Origin: Eledone cirrhosa
Lineage: Eukaryota
DNA: 64,000 nucleotides
NCBI GenBank assembly: GCA_964016885.1
Contig: OZ024740.1
Coordinates: 113,274,001 to 113,338,000 of the forward strand
Direction: 5' to 3'
The notes below the pieces were generated by a model. It was not told where the DNA came from and did not search any database. It worked only from the letters and a program-made list of their open reading frames with translations. The translations under genes were made by a program, and so were the position numbers. Shown here one piece after another: positions 47,296-63,821 of the stretch (positions are counted from its first letter, which is position 1; every line of letters begins with the position of its first letter).

Positions 47296-49146
47296 TTCCT
47301 CTATGGAGTGCAGAAAGACATGTATAATGGCCTCATACTGAAAGAGCTGAGGAAAATATACAAGGTAGCAGATAAGACCGAACTTGAGAAAATGAATGTT
47401 GAAGCATCTTGTATAATGCATGAGTTGGAAATTGAGAACAGAACACAACCTTTCGTGCCCAGGAAACCGAAGATCAATATGAAGGACCACAAGAGGAATT
47501 TTGAGATTGACCTGCCAGTTAGATTGATCGCCCCTTCAAAATCGGACTTGGGCAAATTAAGCAAAAACATTCTTGACAGGGTGATACTGCAAATTAAGAA
47601 TTTGGATTGTGTATCTAACCTGAGCTTGTGGAAGGGAACTGGAGAGGTTGTTGAGTGGTTTAGGCAAATTAAATATGACAATAATAATAGGTTTATTCAA
47701 CTTGATATAGCTAACTATTATTCTTCTATTACCCCTAGTCTACTAAATAAGGCACTAAATTACGCATTCAAACATACGGACCTAACTAGCAAAGAAATGC
47801 ATATTATATTATCGGCTAGGAAAACTTTGATAGAATTTGATGACAAATTATGGACCAGAGCAGATAGAGATAGCAATTTTGACATAACTATGGGATCTTC
47901 CGACTCAGCTCAGGTAACTGACCTTGTGGGCTTATTTTTAATCAATTCGCTACATAGGAAAATACCTGGTACTACCGGAGGTTTATATAGGGATGACATG
48001 CTTTTACTTATTAATAATAATAACCCTGAACTAAATAGAAAATGTAAACAAATTACAAAATTTTTTAATTACTTTAACCTTAAAATAGAAATTGAGAACA
48101 ACCATAGAATAGTCAATTTCCTAGATATAACATTAAATCTCAACACATGTCTCCACTATCCTTTTCACAAGTTGAATGAAAACTTAAACTATGTCAACTT
48201 TAACTCTAACCACCCCAGATCTGTCAAAAACACTATAGTAAACTCAGTCCAAAAACGTATCTCTAGGATCTCGTCGAATAGAAAGATTTTTGACGAAAAG
48301 GCCCAATACTATAATGATGCACTAGCTAGGGCAGGGTATGCTGATAAGATTGTGTACATAGATAATGATAAACAAACTAAACAAAGTAACAACTTTTTTA
48401 ATTACGGCAACAACATTAACAACTATAATAGAAAGCATTACAATAATTCCAAAGGACAAAAAAGAAATAGAACTAGGAACATAATTTGGTTTGCCCCCCC
48501 TTTCTCACTAAACATTAAAACCCACATCGCTAAATTATTTTTCAAAGCTCTTGATAATCGCTTCCCTAGAACACATAGGTACCACTCAATCTTCAATAGG
48601 CATACAATTAAATTAACCTACTCATCCACCAAAAATTTAGCACAAAATATTAATAGAATAAATAATAGGAACTTAAAACCTACTGATAATAGCATAAATA
48701 ATATACAAGTTAACAAATGTAACTGTAGAGATATATCTAAATGTCCGTTAAATAACAACTGCTTAGTTAAAAATATAGTATACAATTGTAATGTTAATAC
48801 TGACTCTAATTCTTTTAACTACGTCGGTTCCACATCGACGGAATTTAAACTTCGCTATAATAAACACAAGAATTCTTTCACAGATCCAAATAAAAAATCT
48901 TCAACGGCACTATCAGGTGTACTCTGGCAACTTAAGCTAGATAACGTTAGATATTCGACGGCTTGGAATATAGTCTCAAGAGGGATTCCTTTTAATTCAT
49001 CCTCTGAGACATGTGACCTCTGCGCAGAGGAGATATTCTTTATACTAAAATCTAAAAATTCCCTTAACCTACGGACAAATTTATTCAGTTGTTGCAAACA
49101 TAGATTAAACTCAACGTTTAAATATAAATTTAAATTTAAAATGTAG
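47296..49146 (+). CDS. PLE reverse transcriptase + GIY-YIG endonuclease (~615 aa, N-terminus missing; possibly Naiad-like)
   Basis: [64 protein letters not shown]...YVGST..FK.RYN.H, CDLC..E, LN.R, CCKH; no stops. The upstream 46480-47295 part of the track ORF is microsatellite. Confidence 0.93.
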   Translation, partial: FLYGVQKDMYNGLILKELRKIYKVADKTELEKMNVEASCIMHELEIENRTQPFVPRKPKINMKDHKRNFEIDLPVRLIAPSKSDLGKLSKNILDRVILQIKNLDCVSNLSLWKGTGEVVEWFRQIKYDNNNRFIQLDIANYYSSITPSLLNKALNYAFKHTDLTSKEMHIILSARKTLIEFDDKLWTRADRDSNFDITMGSSDSAQVTDLVGLFLINSLHRKIPGTTGGLYRDDMLLLINNNNPELNRKCKQITKFFNYFNLKIEIENNHRIVNFLDITLNLNTCLHYPFHKLNENLNYVNFNSNHPRSVKNTIVNSVQKRISRISSNRKIFDEKAQYYNDALARAGYADKIVYIDNDKQTKQSNNFFNYGNNINNYNRKHYNNSKGQKRNRTRNIIWFAPPFSLNIKTHIAKLFFKALDNRFPRTHRYHSIFNRHTIKLTYSSTKNLAQNINRINNRNLKPTDNSINNIQVNKCNCRDISKCPLNNNCLVKNIVYNCNVNTDSNSFNYVGSTSTEFKLRYNKHKNSFTDPNKKSSTALSGVLWQLKLDNVRYSTAWNIVSRGIPFNSSSETCDLCAEEIFFILKSKNSLNLRTNLFSCCKHRLNSTFKYKFKFKM

Positions 49147-50374
49147 TATATTTAGTTTGATTTATATTTATATGAGAACTAGCCGATAAATCTTTTGATT
49201 CCTAAATCTTTGATTCCCTCTTTTTACTCTTTTTATTGTTTATTTTATTTTATTTATTTTTATTTTTATTTTTATTTTTATTTTTATTTTTATTTTTATT
49301 TTTATTTTTATTTTTATCTAAACATTCCTCATGAAAAATTAAGCTACCCTAAAAGCCGATGCTCCAAATTTTTTGAATTAACCTTACACTTGATAAACTT
49401 ATATATTAAATATAGTAACATATGTAGACATTATTGGACATCATAATCTTTTTTGCGATATTCCTTGCTAGATGTGATTTGATAGATAATTTTTGGCTTT
49501 GTCTTGTAGTGAACTTGGCAATATATTGTCAATTAACTTTGAAGGGTTGTTCTTTGTGGTTTATTTTTATTTTCATTTTTATTTTTATTTTTATTTTTAT
49601 TTTTATTTTTATTTTTATTTTTATTTTTATTTTTATTTTTATTTTTATTTTTATTTTTATTTTTATTCTTTTAGTATTGTAGTATTCTATAATATTTTTA
49701 TTTTTTATATTATTTTTTATTTTATTTTATTTTTATTTTTATTTTTAATATTTTTATATGTAAATTTTTATTTTTAATATTTTTATATGTAAAGTTTTAA
49801 TACGTAATATTTTTAATACGTAGTATTTTTAATATGCAATATTTTTATTATGTAATATTCTTTCGTAATATTCTTTTTTTTTTAGTTTTCTATTCTATAT
49901 TTTTATATATTTTTACTTATTATCATTATTATTGTTATCTTTGCTTATAATATAATATATATTTTCGATTAGTATATTGAAATCTGCTCTCTATTTCTGC
50001 TTGATAGATAATCTTGTAGAGTAATCGCAAGAATAATAATACGCTCAAATTTTTATACCACATTGAGAATGTTTTCCGGTAACTTTGAATTTGCGGAGTG
50101 AATCAGTTGGATTCACATTGATGTTTGTAGCTGTCACATAGACATATGAATTTTTTAAAAAACTAAACATAAGATAATGAATTTTCACGCATTGTGAATA
50201 CTTGTTTCATTCAGGAATACTGATATTTACAATATAGTGTAAGTTTTATAAATACTAATACATTAAAACATAGGGTTTTCTACGCCTCGAATATGTCTGG
50301 CTATTTTTAAATTTTTTCTCTCTCTATATCTCTCTATATCTCTCTATATATCTCCCTTACATTAATACTTGAGC

Positions 50375-50405
<31 letters not shown>

Positions 50406-50784
50406 AAAAATAAATAAATGCATCATTGATACACTTACTCAAAATGACCTCCCACTACCTAATTTTTCTATATCTATATTTATATATGTATCTATCTCTA
50501 TTTCCTCTCTCTCTATATATATATATCTCTTTCTGTCTCTTTACATGAAGCTCTTCGCTTTATCTATTTTTCCATCTCTCTATTTTGTCCCATGCATTTC
50601 TTCTTTTTCTTTTTCTTCTTTTTCTTCCTTTTCTTCGTTTTGTCTTTCTTTCTTTCTTATTTCCCTCTTTTCTCTCTCTCTTTCTTTCTCTCTGTATTTT
50701 CACTGCTAGAGTAAACCTCTTCAAATGAAGTTGATGTTTATTACGGTATGTCGAATATATTTATCTATAAAACTGTTTATATTG

Positions 50785-50850
50785 TATTTTGTCTGATGAA
50801 GGCATAGCATATTGTTAATATGATATCCCCGAAATATATATAATGAAATA
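50785..50850 (+). ncRNA. Minimal type I hammerhead in the PLE terminal repeat
   Basis: UAUUUUGU-CUGAUGA-AGG...CCC-GAAA-UAUAU-AUA-AUGAAAUA. Confidence 0.75.
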
Positions 50851-50985
50851 AATATGGTTTTATAAATATAGTTTTCCATTTATTTAATATTGTAAATATA
50901 CTCCAAGTATTTGTCGAGTGCTTTTATATCAGTTATAAATATTTACTAGTTGTAACCCAACAATTTTAAATATAACTTTACATGT

Positions 50986-52965
<1,980 letters not shown>

Positions 52966-53013
52966 TAATAAATAAATAACAAAGAACGCTTATAGCATAT
53001 GCATATCTTTACT

Positions 53014-53059
53014 TGCTAACATTGTTTCATCCACACTATAAGTGGGACTCATCAGAGCA
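53014..53059 (-). ncRNA. Minimal type I hammerhead ribozyme
   Basis: UGCU-CUGAUGA-GUCC.CACU(uau)AGUG.GGAU-GAAAC-AAU-GUU-AGCA. Confidence 0.8.
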
Positions 53060-55364
53060 TAAAGGTTAATTACATACCATACAAGCAATAACAAATCCAA
53101 GACATTGAAGAATGAAAGGTAATAATAGACGATAGAGGATAAGAATAAAAAATAAAAATAAAAGTAAAAATAAATAAGAATAAAAATAAAAATAAAAATA
53201 AGTGGTGCTATCTGTCACAGTTGGGCGGTGTGCTGTCAACATATAGTTACATACAAGCATACACATGGATAAGAGAACAGACAAGAGTAGACACATGGAT
53301 AAGAGAACAGACAAGAGTAGATAAGATAATGGGATTAGGTAAGAGTAGGTAAAAAATAGGTAAAAAATAGGTAAAAAACAGACTTATAATATATATAAAA
53401 AGAAATACAAAGAAATACATAACAAACTTACATATAAAATATAAAATATAGGGTAAGGAATGAGATAAAATAATATACAATTAAAAATTAAAAATTATAT
53501 ACATAGAACATAATATAGTATAATCGTAAAATAAGATAAAATAAGGTAAACTAAAATCAAATAACATAGACTAAATTAAAATTAAATCAAATGTGTAATT
53601 CTAATTATATGTATAATTAAATGTAATTAAATGTAATTAAATAATTAAAGAAAGAAATAAATAAATAAAAATTAAATAAATAAATAAATAAAATTAAAAT
53701 TTAAATTTTAAAATTTTAAAATTAAAATCTAAATTTAAATATAAATAAATAAATAAATAAATAAATAAATGGAGTCAAGTAAGTAAATAAATAAAATTAG
53801 ATAACATGAAATGAAATAAAATAAAATGAAATAAAGTAAATAGAGATAAGATATATATTTTTTTTATAATATATCTCTTGAATATATCAGGGGCCCACGA
53901 AGGCACTAAATGTCACAGTTATGTGTATCACTTGACCAATTTTTCAAAATATATTTCTTGAAAACATCAGGGGCCCACGAAGGCACTAAGTGTCACAGTC
54001 ACCAGTATCACTTGACCATTGCAAGGCAATGGAGGCGTCCCAGGTTGGGCAGTCTCGAAAGTTCACTCGAAAGTCATGGGTGTGCATTCACACAGTTGAG
54101 CGGTGGGGTAATCACAAACCGGTTCACACACCAATTTTTTTAAAAATATATTTCTTGAAAACATCAGGGGCCCACGAAGGCGCTAAGTGTCACAGTCACC
54201 AGTATCACTCGAGCGGTGGGGTAATCACAAACCGGTTCAACACGGGCAGGAGTCAAATGGTCAGAAAGGTGCATCAAAGGAGGTAGAAGAATTCACATGC
54301 ATTAGCATTAGCAAGCGTGAGATTAAAGCAAGCAGATACAGTTGTAGCGCATACAAAATATAAAAGCCATTAAGTCACCGCATTGGGACATCACAAGATT
54401 GTACACATCAATATGTTCAGTACGTATATGCACGTATACACACCACATGCACATGCAGAGACGGTATACATATATATATATATTTTTTTTTTTATATATA
54501 CACACAGACACATATAACCATCTACACCCATACACATATAAATGTATACACGGGCACACACGCACACACACACAGCGTAGGACACCCGGGTCAAAGCCGA
54601 TATTAAATACGATATTAAATACAATATTAAATATTAAACACCGAAATACCACATTAGATCAGACCCACCACCACAGGTAATATATTCAAAACAAATACAT
54701 ACGATGAGATGTATTAAAATAAAGTTGAAATCCTACGGAGATATTCATGTCTGCACGTGCCATTGACCGATTCGAGTGTACACAGACCGTTAGTAACTAC
54801 GGAGGGCCATCGGGGCCAAAACGTTACTTTCGGGATCATAAAAACGACCGTCAATATAAGGAAAGCCGATCGTGCTAGAAAGACTACAACCCCGGGTAAG
54901 AGTTCCCAGAGGTCAGCCTGTAGATCTTGAACCACAGAATATGAGGACAACACATATATGCGCCACGTATCCACTGCTTACGGCAGGATGGCTCGGGTCC
55001 GCCACAGTTACAGGCTAAATTTCTACTAGTGCAGCCTAAATCACAGTACACGCTTTACATAAATACATTACATCACAACTCATGCGCATACAGAGGTACA
55101 GATCAACAAGATATACGTCAGGATAGGTCCACCAATGCACTAATGGTGGGTAGGCCAGCGTGGATGGGTTACATCCACTGTACCAAACAGGGGTGCTTAT
55201 TAACATACACTCCCCTGCACACCCCAATATCAAGATCAATATCCTCCCACAGGCATACGTATACATTCACAGACTCGTATACATAGACGACCAACATTAG
55301 GAGACAGTTACACTCAGTCAGAGACAGTTACACAAGACAGCCCAACTGGAGGAATAAGGACGTG

Positions 55365-56676
55365 CTAGCTAACAGGTTTAAAGTAGAAGAAAGAGCTTAA
55401 TATTCGGTGGGGGCAAGAGGAAAAAATTTCAGACTTTCTATTTAGTAGAGGGCATTTAGCAAATATAATAGAGTGGGATTCGGCAAGGCACAGGTTGCAT
55501 ACTCTACTATGAGGAGTATATGGATGGGATTTAGCAACCTGCCTCCAAGTAAGTGTGTAAGGTGTTCGTGCATTTTTTAAATTATGGACGTACGCTGCCA
55601 AGGAGGTGGAGTTCTTCAGTTTATTATGTCTAAAAGTGCATTGATGAGAGTTAAACCTGGTCTTAAAGGGGGTGGAAGTTGATCCTATATAGGTCATAGT
55701 GGACGCCGTAGTTACCACATCACACGCATAAACTATGTTTCTAACAAGGCAGAAACCATTCAGGGGGCAGCCCGAAGCCCTTCTACAGTTACAACCTCTG
55801 GTGATGCTATTCTCAGAAAGATCACCACCAGTGTTACTGCCCACTCTATCCACCACCGTGTTTTCCCCTAGGCTTAGGTTGTCCAGGCCTTCCTTTATTT
55901 TCTTATTATTAGTAATGGCCAGATGAGAGGCTAGATTTTGGGTTGTAGAATATGAAAGTTTAACAACATTCTTATTGAGGATAGAGTGGTACCTATTACC
56001 AGGAGGGAAGTTCCGTTCTAGCACAGAGAAGAAGGCCCTAGGAATATTTGTAGCCACTTCAGAATTAAAAGGGGGGTTGAAGTATGTATTCAATCTTCTT
56101 CTATTCTTTTTATTCTTTCTATTTCCATCAGTATTATTATTAGCATTATTATTTCTACGGTTCCTATGCTCACCTAGTCTATGCGGGGAGCTGCGAGGCC
56201 CACCATTGCTATTACTTAGACTAATGGTGCCCTGCTGGTTCATTCCACCGGCATCTAGAAACCTCCCGTTCACGACACCTCTATTGTTATTACTTAGACT
56301 AATGGTGCCCTGCTGTTTCATTCCACCGGCATTTAGAACCCTCCCATTCGCGACACCTCGATTACCAATGGACATATTATGTGTTATAACAACACTGGTA
56401 GAGCTACTATTAGGACCATTATTTCCCTGGGTGTAATACAATTTGTCCCTAAAGCCGGATCTAGCTAAGGCGTCGTTATAGTAATCAGCCTGCGAGTCAA
56501 ACGCCTCCTCACTATGTGAGAGTGAACTTATTCTATTAGATACGCCCTTCAGTATACCGCTGATGACAGACCTAGGGTGGTTGGAGTAGGTATTCACGTA
56601 AGTCAGCAATTCATTGGGCTTATGGTACGGTGTGTACGTATGGTTATCCAAGTCCAGTGTAACATCTAGGAAGTTC
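55365..56676 (-). CDS. PLE RT C-terminus/thumb + GIY-YIG endonuclease (partial, open frame up to the gap)
   Basis: NFLDVTLDL, PYHKPN, SNHP, YFNPPFN, CNCRRASGCPLNGFC, IVY...YIGST..FK.RFN.H, CNLC..E, LNRKSE, CPH. Confidence 0.92.
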
Positions 56677-56876
56677 NNNNNNNNNNNNNNNNNNNNNNNN
56701 NNNNNNNNNNNNNNNNNNNNNNNNNNNNNNNNNNNNNNNNNNNNNNNNNNNNNNNNNNNNNNNNNNNNNNNNNNNNNNNNNNNNNNNNNNNNNNNNNNNN
56801 NNNNNNNNNNNNNNNNNNNNNNNNNNNNNNNNNNNNNNNNNNNNNNNNNNNNNNNNNNNNNNNNNNNNNNNNNNNN
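56677..56876. other. Assembly gap (200 N)
   Basis: Run of N. Confidence 1.
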
Positions 56877-57333
56877 ATGCAAACATATAGTCAGAGAAAC
56901 AGACACGCACATACATATACGAAAATAGAGACATATATACAAACATATACACATCACACACATAAGCACGTACCTACTCCTTTATAAAGCCAATTTGAGG
57001 ATTACATATATTTTGCTAGGCATGTCTGTTTGCTATAAACTTTTTTTCTACAGATGAATCATGTATTTATACTTGCTAAGCTCGCCTGCAAATCATCACA
57101 CCGCTCTTTGTATTTATATATACCCCCTTTCACGATATCAGGATTTTACACCATATTGAAGTCAAACTGACTTTTTAAAAAAGGTGCTAAATTAAGATAA
57201 CATACTGACGATGAAAGACTCAAATTAAAGACTGGCATTAACTGAAAATAAATACAACCGACAAAATACGGCTTTCTTTTTAAACTCATTTAATTAGTTA
57301 TTTATGTAGTTATTTTGTTTTATACCTACATAC

Positions 57334-57458
<125 letters not shown>

Positions 57459-57468
57459 CACACACACG

Positions 57469-57573
<105 letters not shown>

Positions 57574-57879
57574 GTATATAAATATATATACACACTCAGA
57601 GTGAGAGATAAAGATAGATATTTGTTTAATGTTTTGTAGGTAGAGCTTTCATTCTGTCCCTTTCGCTTTGCAGCTGGTAAAGAATTAAAAAAACAAAACA
57701 ATAAAAACAGAAACATCTTTCGGCAGGTCTGAGGAAAATATTTCAACTGAGAGGAAATGTACATTTCTCTGTTTACTTTATTGAGTTATTACTTTTTTTT
57801 CTTTTCTTCTACACTTTTGGCAAATGGTGACCGACTATGTAAGCATGCATGTGTCTATGTGTGACTAGCCATATTCGTA

Positions 57880-58600
57880 GAAGGCTGGGCTTGCAACGTA
57901 GTTTGAGAAGCATTGTACTGTATGGTGTAACAACAAGCTTAACAATCTATTCAGCTCTATGAGCGAGGTATTCATGGTAGCACGAGCCAGGAACATTTGT
58001 AGTAATCTGGATCAAGAGATTCGAAAATGGCGGATAAAAGTAATTCGCTACGAATGAATTGGAAAGTGGCGAGGTTATACAGCAAAGCTGGAACTTAAGT
58101 CCAGTATTCTGTGGGTGGTATAGGACAGGGTTGGATTCGGTAGTTCAACATCAACTCCATTAGACAGTGAAACTATTGAAGAGATACATAAGTTCATTCA
58201 GAGAGGAATTAAAGCTTCGATGGAAAATGAGTGAGCAATCAGATCAGAGATATTGCCAAAGCAAAGTACTTGGATGAAGAGAGAACATGTGGCACAGCGC
58301 AAAACATCCCCAGGCAGGAAATCTGGAAATGAATCCCACATAAGTTCATGTTCTTGATTCAGGGGGTTTGTTATATTTTATCCACCCCATCCAACACGTA
58401 GCTATGGAAGTGGGGAGTTAAAGTGACCCCTTTGTTCTGAAGCAGAAACCTTTGAGAATATCCTGAACAGCTGTTCCAAAGCATTGACCAAGGGAAGCTA
58501 TCGTCAAACCATAGTCAGAATAATGAACAATAGAGTCAAATCCAGCGGTCAAAGGTATGCTAGGAAGATCATGTTTGTCAAGGACAGTGAAGATACTAAA
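57880..58600 (+). mobile_element. Highly degenerate RLE-type (R2/NeSL/Hero-like) LINE C-terminal fragment
   Basis: Frameshifted remnants FLIQGV..IL.TPSN, LWKWG, and ENILNSCSKALTQG resembling the zinc-knuckle-adjacent HIL..C..AL..GRY motif. Confidence 0.5.
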
Positions 58601-59672
58601 ACTGTGTAACTAGTTTGCTTGCCACATCACGTGCCTGGCTGATAGCAGTTTATCTAGAATATATTTCATCAGCGACCCTACTCTAAAGATGACAACAAAT
58701 TATGTATTGAAAATTAGTAATACTTGTCTATTGTGCCGCGGAGTGGAATAGTATTTGGAACTACGTATTTAATCCATGCACGTAAAGAAAAAACAGGTAA
58801 ACTAAATTTTTAATGATCTTTTTCGTATTTTGCACAATTTCAAATATTTGAGGAAGTGGTGTATTCGATTGGAACAACCCACGCTATCAATTACGAGAGT
58901 TGGAAAACTTTCTGTTTTTCTATAACAAGAATTCTGTAAACGCTGATTAAGATGACAGAAGGAGCTGATTAACGTGACTCCACTTGAATCATTAAAACAC
59001 AATATGACGTTGAAAGAGAAGTCAGACGATTTGCTTAATTTGAATAATCATTCAGAAATCATTGCAAGGCTAAAGCAATTGTTTTAAGCTAAAATAATTT
59101 TCGTTGATACAAACGTAGCTGAAACGAAAGATTTGATGTTAAGGCAATTGTGAAAATCAAAGATATTCTTTTTACAGTAAATATTGAACATGTTACATCA
59201 ACAGCGAATGTATTGAAACCCATAAAAGTATCTGATATTCTAAAAGTACTGGTAAACAATCAGCATGACAACAAGGCAATAAATGATTATATATCAAGAA
59301 TAAGTAGTAAGTACGTATTGTAAATGGTATGGCTTGAAGAAAACGTCTGAGCAAGAAATAAATTGATTTTCATATCAACAATATATTCTGTTGCGGAAAA
59401 TGACGAAGGCGTTAGTTTCCCTTTGCAATGATCTATTTTTTAGTATGGAGAATGAGTATTATTATCAACAACAAGCACACTGAAGTGTTAAGCATTATCA
59501 GACATAACAAGAAGGTGTTTACATTTGTCCGTATATACAGATTGGCTAAAAATCTTATGGGTATAATCTGCAGTACAGTATTACATTTAAACATAAATCT
59601 GTTTTCATACCAATTTGAAGGGAAGAATGAGTAAATAGTTCTTAGTTGAAATCATTATTAATAAAATATCTC

Positions 59673-59858
59673 GGCGGTGAATTGGGAGTATCGGTAGAGG
59701 GTCAGATGCCATGTTTTGACGCATAGAGTTACGGCCCTTGCCATTCTGAGTTCAAATCCCGGCGAGATTAACTTTGTCTTTCATCCTTACGGGATCGATA
59801 AAATAAAGTACCAGTAATGTACTGGGTAATTGCTGGCCTTGTGCCAATAGTAGAAACA
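59673..59858 (+). mobile_element. Full-length SINE with 19-bp target site duplication
   Basis: attattaataaaatatctc at 59654-59672 and 59859-59877. Confidence 0.92.
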
Positions 59859-60398
59859 ATTATTAATAAAATATCTCAATGGTGAGAAAACAATGGTCTA
59901 AGATATCGATGAGAGTAATTTCAAATTTGTAGTGGGAGTATTATCTCACGACGATCATCCGGTAGCTTTTATTATTTATAGATTTAATAGCATCAAAAAC
60001 ACTGCTTAAATATTTAACGATAAGCTATACATTAGTTTGGAAAATGAGCAACTACAGGTCACCCGTTTAATAAAAAATCCCTTGCCCAAGATTACACACT
60101 GGAGTGGAACATATTAAGTTCAGATATAGGATATAGAAATATATTCTCTGTTGAAAACAAATCCCTGTCTCAATTATTTACGTATCTTCACTAACGTCAG
60201 CAGATAAAAAACAGGAAGAGTGCAACATTCCGCACATTCAGGTAATAGTTTAATGTTACTCAGCCAAAAAAATGGAAGAAAAAATAACCTAAATTGAAAA
60301 GAAAAAAAAACACATAAGAATATGATAATAGACAGGTGAGATGTTGATGAGGACGTCTCGTTGGAATATTCCAAGTGATTGAATAAATAACTACCCCA

Positions 60399-60512
<114 letters not shown>

Positions 60513-60992
60513 ATATATATATATATCTCCATATATCCGTATATGCATGTATGAATGCATGTATGTATGTATGTATGTATGTATGTATGTATGTATGTAT
60601 GTATGTATGTATGTATGTATGTATGTATACAGCTATAAATTGTTCATAGAACCAAAATAGTGAAATATCGTTCTATTTCCGGCTTTAGCTTGCGATGTCT
60701 CGTATTGAACTTTTCCAGTGAACCGTTTATCATATCAGGTCAGTAGAGCTGGTACCAACCAATAAACACATCTATACATATATACATACATACACACACA
60801 TACACAAATACAATGAAACATACGTACATACATACATACGTATGTATATATATGCATACACACGTATAAGAAAAGATATATATATCTTAAGTTTTATTTT
60901 GTTTTATCTTAAATACGTCAAACGGCTTAATATTCTGTAAAATGAAACTTTTGAAGACACACACACACATGCACACACACATACACACACAT

Positions 60993-61133
<141 letters not shown>

Positions 61134-61263
61134 TGTATGCATATGTATATATATATATTTAAATATATATATATAGATAAGTATGTATATGTATATATAT
61201 ATATATTAGAAAGTGAGGTGTTTTTTTTACAAAATGAAAATAACCGAGCTGTCCTACACGAGT

Positions 61264-63532
61264 AGGTTGTTTTTCCATATATGAGTGAAGTTTGGTTGGT
61301 TGATGCAGTCACGTGAATAGGCAGATCAGCTTTCGCGCCAGTTTGTGTTTGAATTTCTTTTTACTTAAAAAAGTGGCTCATGAAGGCTTTTTTTTATAAA
61401 TCTAATTTGATTGGTTATAAATGAAATTATGACTGTCACGTGAACAAGTACATTAAATATCGCGCCCGTATTTTGGAATTTTTTATAGCCATTTAGAGAA
61501 TTGTGTGCCAAACAAAAGATAATGTTCAAGAAAAAGGGATGAAGAGTGTTGTTCTGAGTATGACTGATGTGCTGAAATGTAATTTGATTGGTTATAAATG
61601 AAATTATGACTGTCACGTGATCAAGTACATTAAATTTGGCGCCCGTATTTAGGAATTTATTTTGTAACCATCCAAAGCACACGGAGACAAACATCCCTTT
61701 TAACTTAGCAAGAAGAATTTCCACAATTGTCTCCAATTATGGAACGCGAAATAAAAGACTTCTAGAATTAAAGGAAATTCTACTCGAAAGACAGTACCCA
61801 CTATTACTAATAAGTAATGGAATAGAAAGGGCTAAAGCAATAGGCATTGATGAATTACGAAAACAGAAACAATTCAAGGTACGTCCAGTATTCTATCATA
61901 TATCTCAAAACACAACCCAAGAAATGCGGAAGCTTACAACACTATTCACAAGAATATCCCTTTATTGAAACAAGTCCCAAGAATGAAAAAAGTTCTTAAA
62001 ACACTCAAAATAATCAAAAGCAAAAGACAACCGAAATCACTAAAAACATTACTCACCAATGCCAAATTACCTACCACAAATCCACAACCAACTGTCAAAA
62101 AATGTGGTCGCCTCAGTTGTGGAACCTGCACTCACCTCATTGAAGGCAACACGTATACATTTAAATCAGGACAACATTTTACTGTAAAAAATCACTTCAC
62201 TTGCTTATCAAAAAATCTAATTCATACAATTAAATGTAAAGGATGCAATGAAGATTATATAGGACAAACTAAACTCACACTCAGAAACAGAATGATAGTT
62301 CATCGCCAACAATTACGAGATCCAACCACGAGACAGATACCATTAAGTGCACATCTAGACATTTGCGCAAGTAATAAGACACCCAAATTCCAAGTCTTTC
62401 CATTTTATCTTTGCGCTGACAATACAACAGAACAAATACGAATAAATAAGGAAAATATGTTTCTTCAAAACTATAGACCAGCATTAAATATAGTTTAATA
62501 TACAATATGTCAACACCATAACATGCTAACCATCCAAACAGACACATACACACACACATAACACCTTCTACTTTAGAAAATAAAAACCACAACTAAATAA
62601 ACCTTAACATACGTTAATACTCTAACACCTTAGCATGCTAACCACACACCCCACGCACACACACATACCCCCCCCATTTCTACTAACAGAATCATTTTCC
62701 TACACACAACACACACAAAAAAAATATATATATTCTATCCATCTTAACATGCTAACCATACTCCCACACACACATACACACACTCACACATAACACCCAC
62801 ACACAAACACAAAATATATATATTCTCTCCATCTTAACATGCTAACCATACTCTCACACACACATACACACACACACACGTAACACCACCCCCCCACACA
62901 CAACTCCTTCCCCCATTTCTACTAATAGAATCATCTTCCTACACACACACTCACACACACACACAAGCACACAGATAAACATACATATCTCTACTTTGTT
63001 TATTTCAATAGAAAGTCTGAATTCTGACACCCCAGCACACCAGCCATATTCACTGAACCAGAACAATTCTCCTCATCCCATTACTCTTGACCATTATATT
63101 TTGTTTGGCACAAAATTCTCTAAGAGGCTGCAAAATAAATTCCTAAATACGGGCGTCAAGTTTAATGTACTATCACGTGATAGTCATAATTTCATTTATA
63201 ACCAATCAAATTACATTTCAGCACATCAGTAATACCCAGAACAACCCTCTCCATCCCTTTTTCTTGACCATTATCTTTTGTTTGGCACAAAATTCTCTAA
63301 ATGGCTATAAACAAATTCCAAAATACGGGCGCGAAATTTAATGTACTTGTTCACGTGACTGTATAATTTCATTTATGACCAATCAAATTACATTTATCAA
63401 AAAAAAGCCTTCGTGAGCCACTTTTTTTAAAGTAAAAAGAAATTCAAACACAAACTGGCGCGAAAGCTGATGTGCTTATTCACGTGACTGCATCAACCAA
63501 CCAAACTTCACTCATATATGAAAAAACAACCT
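61264..63532 (+). mobile_element. Neptune-like PLE 3' fragment bracketed by ~400-bp inverted repeats (61264-61664 / 63131-63532)
   Basis: Arms are diverged reverse complements with ~177-bp subrepeats; PLE coding remnant lies between. Confidence 0.85.
61666..62498 (+). pseudogene. PLE thumb + Cys-rich linker + GIY-YIG endonuclease, frameshifted
   Basis: NHP.H...NIPFNLARRI; KCGRLSCGTC...FTC.SKNLIH.I.CKGC..DYIGQT...LR.RM..H; R..KE..F......P.LN. Confidence 0.88.
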
Positions 63533-63821
63533 GAGCCCCCATCCTTTTGTTTGAAGAACTTTGTAACGCGAACTGGCGCGAAATTTATTATACTTATTAA
63601 CAAACCAACCAAATTACTTCTCTAAAAACCTGGCATTTCCAGCCACTTTTTTTCCATATAAAGCAGACGTAACAACCAGATGTGAGAAAAAGCACAAACC
63701 CTCCATCTCAATTCTACTTTTAAAAGGCAGAAGAAATGCGAAACCGGTAAAGGAACCAAATAAATATATATATTTAAAAAAAAAAAACTCCAGTTGCATT
63801 TTCGATTCCATCTTTTTTCTT

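Larger units (their letters stand above)
47296..50985 (+). mobile_element. Penelope-like element, 5'-truncated, with open RT+GIY-YIG frame, long AT-rich 3'UTR and terminal hammerhead
   Basis: ORF motifs, hammerhead at 50785-50850, both ends in (TA)n. Confidence 0.93.
52966..56676 (-). mobile_element. Penelope-like element (thumb + GIY-YIG, ~2.4-kb 3'UTR, terminal hammerhead), cut by an assembly gap
   Basis: ORF motifs; same-strand hammerhead at ~53014-53059 near the (TA)n junction. Confidence 0.9.

Noticed and set aside
56877-56969. N-terminus of the 534-aa ORF across the N gap
   Set aside because: The frame spans 200 N; sequence beyond the gap is unrelated low-complexity DNA
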